Below are positions 1 through 8,135 of a stretch of 64,000 nucleotides of DNA, piece after piece. Within the stretch, counting starts at the first letter, position 1; every line of letters begins with the position of its first letter. The position numbers were made by a program, and so were the translations under genes. Origin of the DNA: a virus. The notes under the pieces are model-generated. The model did no database searches. It was not told the DNA's origin and worked only from the letters and a program-made list of their open reading frames with translations. The stretch is taken from the IMG/VR virus record IMGVR_UViG_3300008997_000008, one strand, 5' to 3'.

Positions 1-191
1 GCGTCCTCCTCGGGATTTCCGTAGGAGAGACCCAGTTCCTCAAAGGTCTGGCCTGACTCGGCAGGGAACGGGACAGGGATGACCACCGTGTTGGCCTGCT
101 TGAGACCAGCGAGGATCTCCCGTCGTTCCACGGAACCCTTGGGAAAAGAGGCAGCCCTCTGGATCAGGGAAGAACGTTCGTCAGGAGACAT
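1..191 (-). CDS. 5' part of a hypothetical protein running off the window edge (MSPDERSSLIQRAASFPKGSVERREILAGLKQANTVV...), possible head-internal protein
   Basis: Translated by hand: ATG at 189-191, GAGG upstream, no stop before position 1. Not in the ORF track. Leader resembles that of 4162..4665 and is followed by K-Q-A. Confidence 0.6.
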   Translation of the reverse strand, partial: MSPDERSSLIQRAASFPKGSVERREILAGLKQANTVVIPVPFPAESGQTFEELGLSYGNPEED

Positions 192-909
192 CTGGACCTC
201 GGGGTTTGCTCTCCCCCTCCCCCTTATAGCCCAACAACCGGAAGAACGGACGCCGGTTCGTGTACCAGACCTTCCATTCCCGAAGCCAGGAGTCTGGGGT
301 TTCGTGCCCTCGTTGGAGGGACTGAAGGAGGCCATCCATCAGCTCCAGCCCGACCCGTTCCGAGTCAATTCCAGAGAAGTCCGGTTCTCCGGGGGCCGTG
401 TCCAGTAGAGCGTCAAGAAACGAGACCAGCTTGTGGAGGCCCTCGGGATTCGACTCTCCTGACTCCGTGAGCTTCCGGAGAGCGGGATACTGGTCTATGG
501 CGTCACCGAATCGGGATACGGCCTCCTTGGCCTTGCGCTCCTGCTGAAGGTCGTGGTAGTCAGGGCCGTGTTCAAGTCGGTCCTGGACTCGCTCAACGAT
601 GGAAACCCAGAGACCACGGGAAGCTTCCCTCATCTCAGGAGTCAGGGGAGGTCGGGTCACACTATCCCTGTAGGCATAGCACTCCCCGCACTCCCGCCAG
701 CTACCAGAGCTCCCACCCCTGCGGGGACACTCATCCGGGATGGGGAACGCCTCATTCCCGCCGAAGAAGCTCAGGCGAACATCGAAGCACGAGACGCACT
801 CGTGGACCATAGAGATCTCTTCCGCCTTGGTGGGGACGGAATCCGGCTTGGCCGTCGCGTTCCAGGCAGCTGAGTGGCACCGACTACGGGTGGGACAGCC
901 CTCACACAC
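181..909 (-). CDS. Hypothetical protein with Cys clusters (CEGC, CVSC, CGEC); start uncertain (GTG 909 or ATG 810)
   Basis: ORF track 181..1038 trimmed because its 5' end overlaps 902..1327. CxxC motifs suggest Zn binding. Confidence 0.55.
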   Translation of the reverse strand: MCEGCPTRSRCHSAAWNATAKPDSVPTKAEEISMVHECVSCFDVRLSFFGGNEAFPIPDECPRRGGSSGSWRECGECYAYRDSVTRPPLTPEMREASRGLWVSIVERVQDRLEHGPDYHDLQQERKAKEAVSRFGDAIDQYPALRKLTESGESNPEGLHKLVSFLDALLDTAPGEPDFSGIDSERVGLELMDGLLQSLQRGHETPDSWLREWKVWYTNRRPFFRLLGYKGEGESKPRGPDVS

Positions 910-1327
910 TCCCAGGTCTATCGGTGATGAAAGGACTCCAGTCTCCGTCATGCGGTTGGATGACATTGACGGCCTTCTTTCCATGGGAGAGGTCCTCGAT
1001 CCACAGGTGGCAGTCCTTGAGAGAACCAGTGAACCCAAGGAAGGGAAGCAGTTCCCGAATGAGGAGCGGAGCCGGCATAGACTCAGCCTCCCCAGTTACC
1101 GTGGAGAAGGATGCGTGACGGACCAAACCGTACTGCTGGTGCTCGAACGTGAGAGTGACCTGCAGCCCACCTGCCAGCCGCACGGTGAGCTCGTTGTTGG
1201 TCGGCGGGAGGACGCCCTTCTCTTTGGCGATCTTCAGGACCTCCCACGAGATAGGTCGGAGGAGAGCCCTCTTCTCGAGATCCTTGAGAACCCTCTCCGC
1301 CTCCGTGATATCCACTACACGTAACAC
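902..1327 (-). CDS. Hypothetical protein, 141 aa
   Basis: Globular composition; fits between the tRNA and the next minus-strand ORF. Confidence 0.6.
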   Translation of the reverse strand: MLRVVDITEAERVLKDLEKRALLRPISWEVLKIAKEKGVLPPTNNELTVRLAGGLQVTLTFEHQQYGLVRHASFSTVTGEAESMPAPLLIRELLPFLGFTGSLKDCHLWIEDLSHGKKAVNVIQPHDGDWSPFITDRPGSV

Positions 1328-1340
1328 ACACCCCCCAAGA

Positions 1341-1419
1341 TGGAACTCCCGACCAGAATCGAACTGGTGACGACCCAGGACTTAAACCCCAGCGCTCTAA
1401 CCAACTGAGCTACGGGAGC
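1341..1419 (-). tRNA. Atypical tRNA with encoded CCA; anticodon ambiguous, best 7-nt-loop register UUA (ochre suppressor-like)
   Basis: Reverse complement folds as GCTCCCG-TA-GCTC-AGTTGGTTA-GAGC-G-CTGGG-GTTTAAG-TCCTG-GGTCGTC-ACCAG-TTCGATT-CTGGT-CGGGAGT-T-CCA. The acceptor, D and T arms are canonical. The anticodon arm is imperfect. Confidence 0.8.
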
Positions 1420-1429
1420 ATATTACTGA

Positions 1430-2119
1430 TTACCGCATGACCGGGAACTCGGAGACCATGTTGGTGCTGGGTTGGCCTACTCCCGAATACCCGAGGGCTT
1501 CCATCAGATCCCCATCGGCTTCCTGGACCCAGCGCTCCTGTTCTGGAGTGAACATGTCCCCGACAAGAGGGTGGTCCCACTCGTTGGTCCGCCCACACTC
1601 TATCAGGGCATCGCGGTGTTCAGGATACAGAGAAGCCCAGCCCTCGTTCTGCCTTGCTGTATCGATGAAGACCGAGGCCCCTTCGTGATACCAGCGGACG
1701 GAGGCGCTCCACAGGCCCTCGGTCCCGGACGTCTGGGATCCCCAGGGGTTCGCCCAAGCATGCCTTTCCATAGGAGACTCGATCTCCCCGGGGTGGGTCC
1801 ACCCGTAGAGGACACGATCCCATCGGTGCGTTCCCCCGCCCCACTTCTTGAGGAAGTCACGGGTCTTCCCCGGAGGGAACGCGACCAATCGGAAGTAGAC
1901 GGACACCATCCAGCTGAAGGGGTCCCGGACAGTAGCCACCCCGACCCGGCCTTCGAGAAGTTCAGGAGGAAGAACACGGAGAGGCATGTGTCCATGGAAC
2001 TCCTTCCCATCTTTGGTGAACATGGTCCGGGCACCGAGGACCCTCGAGAACCGGTGTCTTCGAGCAGTGGATCCTGTTCGAGGCTGGCAGGCAGCGATGT
2101 GCTTATCTGTGTACAGCAT
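1430..2119 (-). CDS. Sulfotransferase-like protein (PAPS-dependent superfamily)
   Basis: 5'-PSB-like QPRTGST and 3'-PB-like VRDPFSWMVSVY. Paralogous to 3483..4178. TGATG-coupled to the baseplate gene. Confidence 0.6.
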   Translation of the reverse strand: MLYTDKHIAACQPRTGSTARRHRFSRVLGARTMFTKDGKEFHGHMPLRVLPPELLEGRVGVATVRDPFSWMVSVYFRLVAFPPGKTRDFLKKWGGGTHRWDRVLYGWTHPGEIESPMERHAWANPWGSQTSGTEGLWSASVRWYHEGASVFIDTARQNEGWASLYPEHRDALIECGRTNEWDHPLVGDMFTPEQERWVQEADGDLMEALGYSGVGQPSTNMVSEFPVMR

Positions 2120-3438
2120 CAGAGGTAGAACTGCGCCGATACATCCTCAGCGGAGACCGTCTTGGGCGACTTGTGGCCGAGCCTATCCACCTCTACCTCA
2201 TAGCTCTGGCCGACCGCGGTGGAAGGCATCCGTCTCTCCACCTGTAGGATCGAAGGGGAGAGACGGACCTGGTCCCCAGACACCCCTGGCTTCCCGACCA
2301 GACCCCCAGTAGAGCCCAGGACAGCGTGGAGACGATAGGTGCCTGCGTTGACACCGTCGAGGATCGTGATCGTAGTGTCGACAGCGAGAGCCCCCCAATC
2401 CCGGGAAGTATCCTCTACCACATCGTCCTCGAGAGCTACCAGAGTCCCTGAGCCCCCGCTGGAGACCGTGTAGGAGGCTGGGGTAGCCGTAGCCCCGCTC
2501 AGGAGAGCACGCGTCCCCACGACCCTGTACGCCCCGGCGTTGGGGCCTGACAAGACCCGCAACACCGCGTTCTTGGTGATAGAAACAAAGGAGAGGGAAG
2601 GATCTGAGAAGAGGGTCCTGTTGGAGAGGGTCTCCCCCGTTCCTGTGATGCCCTTGAATCCATGACACCACTTCCGCATGTCGTCATAGCGGTAGTCCTC
2701 GATCTCCCAGGACTCAGGACCTCCTGCATCATCCGCGATCTGATCGAAGGCGTCGCGGAACAGGTGGCTATATGTGTAGATGACATGGGCAGGCTTCAGG
2801 GCGGAGAGGACCAGGCGCGCGTTTCTCTCCGTGACCGTAGGGTCTCCAGGAAAGCCCCCGGATTCGGTCTCGATGAAGATATCGACTGTGAACTGGTCCT
2901 TGATCGTGTATGCACCGTTCGGGTCCCGAGGGGGGGACGCCAGGTATCTCTCGAGGACAGTAGAGATGAAATCATCTCCCAGAGCGTCCACGCCTCCTTC
3001 CATGGACTCGGTGGTCGCCCCCTTGAGGAGCTGAACCACCATCTGATGGAGGAAATCTCGATACGCCAGATCCGAGCTGATGTCCGGGATCCCAGACCTG
3101 TCGGTAGCTCCGGGGAACACCATCTGCCCCAATACAGACCACAGGAAGTCCGTTCGGGTGAAGTCCCAGTCGGAGTCCTTGTAGATCTCGGAAACCTCCA
3201 GCTGGATATCCGCCAGCTGCTCCGCCATTGCCTGGAACTGCAGAGAGTACCACGGACCGTTGGTTTCCGCCACATAGTTGGAGGGCAAGAGCTTCCGGAA
3301 AGTAGCCATGATCTGGTTGACCAAGGCCTGTTTTTTGTCCTGGTAGTCCTGGCCCTCGAGGGAGGGTCCGGGAGCAGGATTCTGGTCCAGAGAAAACGGA
3401 ACCAGACCGGCGCGAGATTCGTCGTTGTCGTGGGACAT
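2119..3438 (-). CDS. Baseplate wedge subunit (P2 gpI / DUF2313-like)
   Basis: LSALKPAHVIY motif typical of gpI-like wedge proteins, with a beta-rich C-terminus. Start set at ATG 3438, downstream of a late-type motif. Confidence 0.65.
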   Translation of the reverse strand: MSHDNDESRAGLVPFSLDQNPAPGPSLEGQDYQDKKQALVNQIMATFRKLLPSNYVAETNGPWYSLQFQAMAEQLADIQLEVSEIYKDSDWDFTRTDFLWSVLGQMVFPGATDRSGIPDISSDLAYRDFLHQMVVQLLKGATTESMEGGVDALGDDFISTVLERYLASPPRDPNGAYTIKDQFTVDIFIETESGGFPGDPTVTERNARLVLSALKPAHVIYTYSHLFRDAFDQIADDAGGPESWEIEDYRYDDMRKWCHGFKGITGTGETLSNRTLFSDPSLSFVSITKNAVLRVLSGPNAGAYRVVGTRALLSGATATPASYTVSSGGSGTLVALEDDVVEDTSRDWGALAVDTTITILDGVNAGTYRLHAVLGSTGGLVGKPGVSGDQVRLSPSILQVERRMPSTAVGQSYEVEVDRLGHKSPKTVSAEDVSAQFYL

Positions 3439-3482
3439 CGTAGCCCTCTTTGTAGATAGCCCAGCCACGGTACTATTCCCTC

Positions 3483-4178
3483 ATGGCTGTACACACCGCA
3501 TCAGGCCTGGCCTTCTGGCACATGCCCAAGACCGGGGGCTTCTCCGTCTACCAGGCGTTGAGAGAACTCGGAGAGAACCCCCAGGTGTTTCCTGGGGTGG
3601 GAAGGCACCGATCCATATCGGAAGCCCGGAGCATCCTATCCGAGGCTGGGGAGAAGCGTACCTGGTTCGGCGTGGTTCGGAACCCCTGGGACTGGTACTG
3701 CTCCCTGTTCGAACACACTCTCCGTTCGGACCCAGAGGTCATTGATTTCTGGACGGAAGGGACCCGAGAGTTCGCGGACGCTGTGTACTACTGGACGCAT
3801 CCGTGGATGGTGGTTGCACCGATCCCCAATGTATGGTGTCCTCAGATCTCCAGCGCTCCCAAGATGTCCTTCTTCGATCTGCAGGACTCGAGCCAGGGAT
3901 TGGCCACCTGGATGTTCCGACACGTCTACGGACAGGATGCAGAGACTCCACGTATATGGCTAAACACCCAGCGCCTCAACGAGGGCCTCTCGGAACTCCT
4001 GGGCGCGCCTCTGGGGGCAGTGGGTGCTCTCCCCGCCCAGAACGTATGGCGAGGCCCGGATACTACTTTCGGGCTGGAGGTGAAGCACATGATTGACGAC
4101 GGGGATGGAGACCTCATCCGTCGCTTCGGCTTTCAGTTCGGGAAGAAACCCGAATGGGTTCTCAGTCGAGACGGATAG
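3483..4178 (+). CDS. Sulfotransferase family 2-like protein
   Basis: HMPKTGGFS matches the HIPKTGGTS-type 5'-PSB loop; VVRNPWDWYCSLF matches the 3'-phosphate-binding motif. Confidence 0.7.
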   Translation: MAVHTASGLAFWHMPKTGGFSVYQALRELGENPQVFPGVGRHRSISEARSILSEAGEKRTWFGVVRNPWDWYCSLFEHTLRSDPEVIDFWTEGTREFADAVYYWTHPWMVVAPIPNVWCPQISSAPKMSFFDLQDSSQGLATWMFRHVYGQDAETPRIWLNTQRLNEGLSELLGAPLGAVGALPAQNVWRGPDTTFGLEVKHMIDDGDGDLIRRFGFQFGKKPEWVLSRDG

Positions 4179-4665
4179 AGATCATCCGAGGGAACCTTCT
4201 CTTGGCATCCTTCAGACCGTTCGGGTAGAACCCGCCGGGGGCAGTGTGCTGAGCGAGCACACGTCCGTCGAACTTGACAACGACATACTCTGCGGACATC
4301 ATCGCCGTCTTGCCCCGAGCCCGAAGCTGGCGAACACGAGCGTATCGATGGTCCTCTTCGTACTCGTCTTCCCAGTTGTCGTCGGGCCAGACGTCGAACC
4401 CCACGATGAACACGTCCTTGACGGGATCGTAGCCCATGAAGACTTCCTGGAAGTCCTTCTCGGTGATCGCCCCTTCAGCACGAGCATAGAAGGGGTACAT
4501 TCTCCCGCTGGGGAGAAGAGGCTTGCCCTTGTAGGTGACGTCAGGCCACGCGTCCTGGACCGCGTGCTCGTTGTCCAGATTGTCCAAGAGCTCGAGAGAC
4601 TTGCGAGCCTCTTTGGAGAGAAGCCCCTCGCTGGTGAGGAGGTTGCGTAGAGAGGTGCGATCCAT
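4162..4665 (-). CDS. Hypothetical protein, possible virion-internal protein
   Basis: Leader MDRTSLRNLLTSEGLLSKEA; late-type motif CGTT-N7-CTAT at 4702-4716. Confidence 0.6.
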   Translation of the reverse strand: MDRTSLRNLLTSEGLLSKEARKSLELLDNLDNEHAVQDAWPDVTYKGKPLLPSGRMYPFYARAEGAITEKDFQEVFMGYDPVKDVFIVGFDVWPDDNWEDEYEEDHRYARVRQLRARGKTAMMSAEYVVVKFDGRVLAQHTAPGGFYPNGLKDAKRRFPRMISIRLD

Positions 4666-4717
4666 CTGATTCCCGGAACTCGGTTCAGAGAGGAGCCCAA
4701 CATAGCCTCTCTAACGA

Positions 4718-4745
4718 GTTTCCCTCTGGAATCCGGAGGCGTAAC
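4718..4745 (+). promoter_or_regulatory. Class A promoter-like motif GTTTCC-N16-CGTAAC
   Basis: Exact match, 40 nt upstream of the SLT gene; five exact copies found in the window. Confidence 0.7.
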
Positions 4746-4784
4746 CCCAGTGCTGAACCTGACATACCGCTGCTGGAGTTGCTG

Positions 4785-5297
4785 ATGCGTACCGTGTTGT
4801 TTGCCCTAAGCTTCCTGACCACCATGAACACTGTCGTCTGGGCAGTCCAGGAGAACCCCCTTCCGAACACTCCTGTGGCGCCTCCGGTCGGGAAGTGGAC
4901 CCAGCTGTGCGAATCCCAGAGCTCTACGCACTTGGACGTGTTGATTGAGCAGGTGTCCGAGGAGTTCCAGATTCCGCCTGCCCTTCTTGGGGCAGTGGTG
5001 ACCAAGGAATCCTTCTGCGATCCCGACGCTATCGGCGGAGTCGGGGAGATCGGGCTGGCCCAGATCCATCCGGGCGTCTGGACGGAGACCCTCCAGAATC
5101 TCCATCTGATCCAGGATCCCTCGGACCTGCTGGACCCCCTGACCAACCTCCGATGCTCCGCCTACATCCTGAGCGGACATCTGGGCAGGACGGACGGAGA
5201 TGTGTGGCGCGCTCTCCGCCGCTACAACGGCTCGGGATATGGGGCTGCCGTCTATGCGGACGACGCAACTGCGCTCTTCATGGAGCTTAGCCAGTAG
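4785..5297 (+). CDS. Lytic transglycosylase (SLT domain) with an N-terminal signal peptide/anchor
   Basis: VVTKES (catalytic Glu), GLAQI, LLDPLTNLRCSAYIL and ALRRYNG are SLT motifs; hydrophobic N-terminus. Confidence 0.9.
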   Translation: MRTVLFALSFLTTMNTVVWAVQENPLPNTPVAPPVGKWTQLCESQSSTHLDVLIEQVSEEFQIPPALLGAVVTKESFCDPDAIGGVGEIGLAQIHPGVWTETLQNLHLIQDPSDLLDPLTNLRCSAYILSGHLGRTDGDVWRALRRYNGSGYGAAVYADDATALFMELSQ

Positions 5298-5299
5298 AC

Positions 5300-6100
5300 C
5301 TACGAGACGTGGTTCTCCAAGAGAGTCCAGGTGAAGGTCTCCCCATGGAGCTTCTTCTCGGAGTGGCAGGTCGTCATGAACCGAGCGAAGTCGTCAGGGT
5401 CCGCCATCACCTGACAGCCCGCAGACCACTTCTCCACGTTCGTGGACATGCGGCTCGAGGAAGCGCGGTGGATGTTGATCCCATACCACCCGTCCTCGCC
5501 CTCGGAGCCCTGCTGGTACTCGGCAACGGCGTCGCGGTCCTTGTCCCGCCACACCTTGACCTTGCCGTTCCTCTGGCAAAGCGCCTCGTACTTCCCACCG
5601 TGCTTGTCGATCTTGTAGACGTCGACGTACTGGCCAGGGCACAGGATGGCCGTTCCTCGAGAGTTCCCCGGGTTCTCCAGCCAGTAGGTGCCTGGGTCGG
5701 TAGTGGCCTCGAAGAACGTGACTTTCCAGACACCCCCCTCCTGCCAGAGCATGAAGACGAAGTCATCGAACCTGTTGGGCGTTCCGGGGATGGTCCGGAG
5801 AGAGCCGAAGTTGACCCGACCCCCCGTGTGGAGGATGTAGCCCTTGGCCTGGTACTGGGCGACCAGCCAGTCAGCCGTCCGAGGCTCGGGGTCTGGATTG
5901 ATCGGTTCCCCCGAGTCCTTCTCGAGCGCGCCCCACGTTCCCTTGCCGACGATGCCATCAGCAGAGAGGCCCTTCGACTTCTGGAACGCGATGACGGACC
6001 TCTTGGTCCCGGCGCCAAAGATGCCATCGGCGCCGATGTTGAGGAGCTGCTGTAGACGACGAACTTCGGAGCCTCGAGAGCCCTGACGGAGAACCTTCAT
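5300..6100 (-). CDS. Endolysin: PG_binding_1 domain plus YkuD/L,D-transpeptidase-like catalytic domain
   Basis: LRQGSRGSEVRRLQQLL..ADGIFG..T...V.AFQ..GL.ADGIVG..TW (peptidoglycan binding); GINIH...WSAGCQV (His...SxGC). Confidence 0.85.
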   Translation of the reverse strand: MKVLRQGSRGSEVRRLQQLLNIGADGIFGAGTKRSVIAFQKSKGLSADGIVGKGTWGALEKDSGEPINPDPEPRTADWLVAQYQAKGYILHTGGRVNFGSLRTIPGTPNRFDDFVFMLWQEGGVWKVTFFEATTDPGTYWLENPGNSRGTAILCPGQYVDVYKIDKHGGKYEALCQRNGKVKVWRDKDRDAVAEYQQGSEGEDGWYGINIHRASSSRMSTNVEKWSAGCQVMADPDDFARFMTTCHSEKKLHGETFTWTLLENHVS

Positions 6101-6147
6101 GATGACCTCAGGAGTTGGGCTCCCCCAGGATATAGGGTAACGAGGGC

Positions 6148-6522
6148 ATGGCCTACGACTGGGAGAAATGGGACCCGCTGCTGGGGACAGAGGTGGATAG
6201 AGTGCTCGCGGGACGCATCGGATGTACTGCCTCCACCGTCGCGAGACGCCGGAAAGAGAAGGGCATCAAACCACGTCGGAAACACCCTTCCAGACGGTCG
6301 AAGAAGCCACCCCGCCACCCTTCCCCCGACAGAAGCGGAGAACGCGCCCAGGAGTCGCTCTGGACCTTCCTCGACCGCTACCTGGGCCTGGTATCGGACG
6401 AGGCCCTCTCTCGAGTCGCGAGATGTCCTGTGGAATGTGTAAAAAGCCGCAGAGAAGGCCGCCCACGAGGCGCTCGTTGCCAAGTGTGTCGATGGCAAGC
6501 CCCTCACGGCCACCTTCGCTGA
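6148..6522 (+). CDS. Putative DNA-binding protein with two HTH-like repeats
   Basis: DRVLAGRIGCTASTVARRRKEKGI and DEALSRVARCPVECVKSRR. Confidence 0.5.
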   Translation: MAYDWEKWDPLLGTEVDRVLAGRIGCTASTVARRRKEKGIKPRRKHPSRRSKKPPRHPSPDRSGERAQESLWTFLDRYLGLVSDEALSRVARCPVECVKSRREGRPRGARCQVCRWQAPHGHLR

Positions 6523-6544
6523 GCTCCTCCGCGCGGCCTGAGTC

Positions 6545-6559
6545 CGGTACCTTGGCTAT
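6545..6559 (+). promoter_or_regulatory. Class B (late-type) promoter-like motif CGGT-N7-CTAT
   Basis: CGGTACCTTGGCTAT, 15 nt before ATG 6574; the same motif precedes structural genes. Confidence 0.6.
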
Positions 6560-6573
6560 TCCGGGGGGGTGTC

Positions 6574-7746
6574 ATGACACCCCCCCTACAAGTATGCTCC
6601 CAGCGGGTGGCCGGGCTCCACCAGGCTGCTCTCCAGGGAAACTTCTACCTGTTCCTCCCCCACCTCGTCGACCAGATGCCCGACCTACAGCGTCGGGCGA
6701 TGTACTTCGAGTGGGGAGGGCGTCAAGCGAACAACAGCCTCCTCCCGGTGAGACCCGCGAAGTCCTATGTGCGATGGCGTCGGAATGTCGGAGTGCGCTC
6801 TTTGGCAGGGATGGACAACTACATCTACATGTATCGAGGGCTCAAACTGTTCGACGGCAGTGAAAGAGACTGCTACCGGGCGATCAAAGCGGGAGCCATC
6901 ACGAAGGAGGCCCTCGATCGCTACTGGGGGATGACCTTCCCCGAAGACCACATTCAAATGGCCAAGGTTCTGGCAGGCAAGCTGGATGGCTACACGATGG
7001 GCCGTGATGCCAACACGCTCGGTACCACAGCCAAGAAGTTCCGGGTTCTGTTTGATGGGATCGTAGACAGACACGTCAACTACGTCTGGACCGACATCGT
7101 CCTGAACCAAGGGACGATAGTGGATGGCGCAGCCCAGAGGATCGACGCCGGGCCGGGAGCCGAAGGGTTCACGATGCCAGACTGGGTGATCGACGAGCTC
7201 CTTCGGTACACGAAGAATCCTGGGAAGCGGATGAAGAAACCGGTCAAGGAGTGGCTCCTTGAGAACTCGCCGAAGGACTACACCCAGGTGACCGTGTACC
7301 GGGGATTTGGGACTCAGGTCGATGACTGGGGGGACTACTCCGGCGTCACTATGGCCGATGTCAAGAAGAGACTGTTCCGCCGCACAGGAGTCCGAGACTT
7401 GACCAAGCTCCACGTTGGAGACAAGATCAAGGTGAAGCGGGGGAAGGAGAGCAGCTGGTCCGTATCCGCTCAGGTCGCGACCAACTTTGCGGCGGGCCAA
7501 GCCAAGAAGTCGATCAACTGGTTGGTCAAAGCGGTGGTGCCTGCAAGCAAAGTCGTGATCGACTTCAACGAGCTCCCCCGAGAGCTACGACAGAAGTTCC
7601 CCTTCCATGGTCAAGGAGAGGTCATCGTAGACAAAGGTGTCCACCAGGGGATGGTGTCGATGACCTGGGTCGATCAGGGATTCGAAACGTGGTTGGCTGA
7701 GCACGGGCTGGTGTTCAAGCGCCAGGTGGGCGTCGTCCCCGCGTAG
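6574..7746 (+). CDS. Putative ADP-ribosyltransferase (R-S-E class, QxE loop)
   Basis: VTVYRG (Arg), ESSWS...VATNFA (STS-like) and FHGQGEVIV (QxE) occur in the canonical order. Confidence 0.65.
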   Translation: MTPPLQVCSQRVAGLHQAALQGNFYLFLPHLVDQMPDLQRRAMYFEWGGRQANNSLLPVRPAKSYVRWRRNVGVRSLAGMDNYIYMYRGLKLFDGSERDCYRAIKAGAITKEALDRYWGMTFPEDHIQMAKVLAGKLDGYTMGRDANTLGTTAKKFRVLFDGIVDRHVNYVWTDIVLNQGTIVDGAAQRIDAGPGAEGFTMPDWVIDELLRYTKNPGKRMKKPVKEWLLENSPKDYTQVTVYRGFGTQVDDWGDYSGVTMADVKKRLFRRTGVRDLTKLHVGDKIKVKRGKESSWSVSAQVATNFAAGQAKKSINWLVKAVVPASKVVIDFNELPRELRQKFPFHGQGEVIVDKGVHQGMVSMTWVDQGFETWLAEHGLVFKRQVGVVPA

Positions 7747-7748
7747 CC

Positions 7749-8135
7749 TCAGGCCATGCCGCGTTCTACAGCCTTCTCGGAGATCTGCTGTACGATCTCA
7801 GCGATCTCTTGGCCGTGGCACTTGTAGGGCTTGTCCTCCGTGGTCAACCCTGCCCCGGTGGGAGCACACCAGCAGAGGAGGGTCAGAGACTTCCCTGAGA
7901 GGTGGATACGGGCCAATCGGAGCACCTCTTCAGTCACCGCTGCATCCTTCTCATGTAGCTTGTCCACGAGCCAGGTCCTGAACTTGGGGATGGAGCTTCC
8001 GGGGAGTCCTCCGGGGCGAAACGGATTCCCGAGGGGACTTCCCTCGTAGCCGTTGCACTTCCGCCCTACATAGACACGGGTCTCCTCCCCGGTCCGATGG
8101 TGTTTCCGGACGTTGGCGACTTTGACGAAGCTCAC
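7749..8135 (-). CDS. DUF4326-like protein
   Basis: VYVGR...SPLGNPF...FRTWL...L.GKSLTLLCWCAP...CHGQEI signature. Confidence 0.8.
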   Translation of the reverse strand: MSFVKVANVRKHHRTGEETRVYVGRKCNGYEGSPLGNPFRPGGLPGSSIPKFRTWLVDKLHEKDAAVTEEVLRLARIHLSGKSLTLLCWCAPTGAGLTTEDKPYKCHGQEIAEIVQQISEKAVERGMA

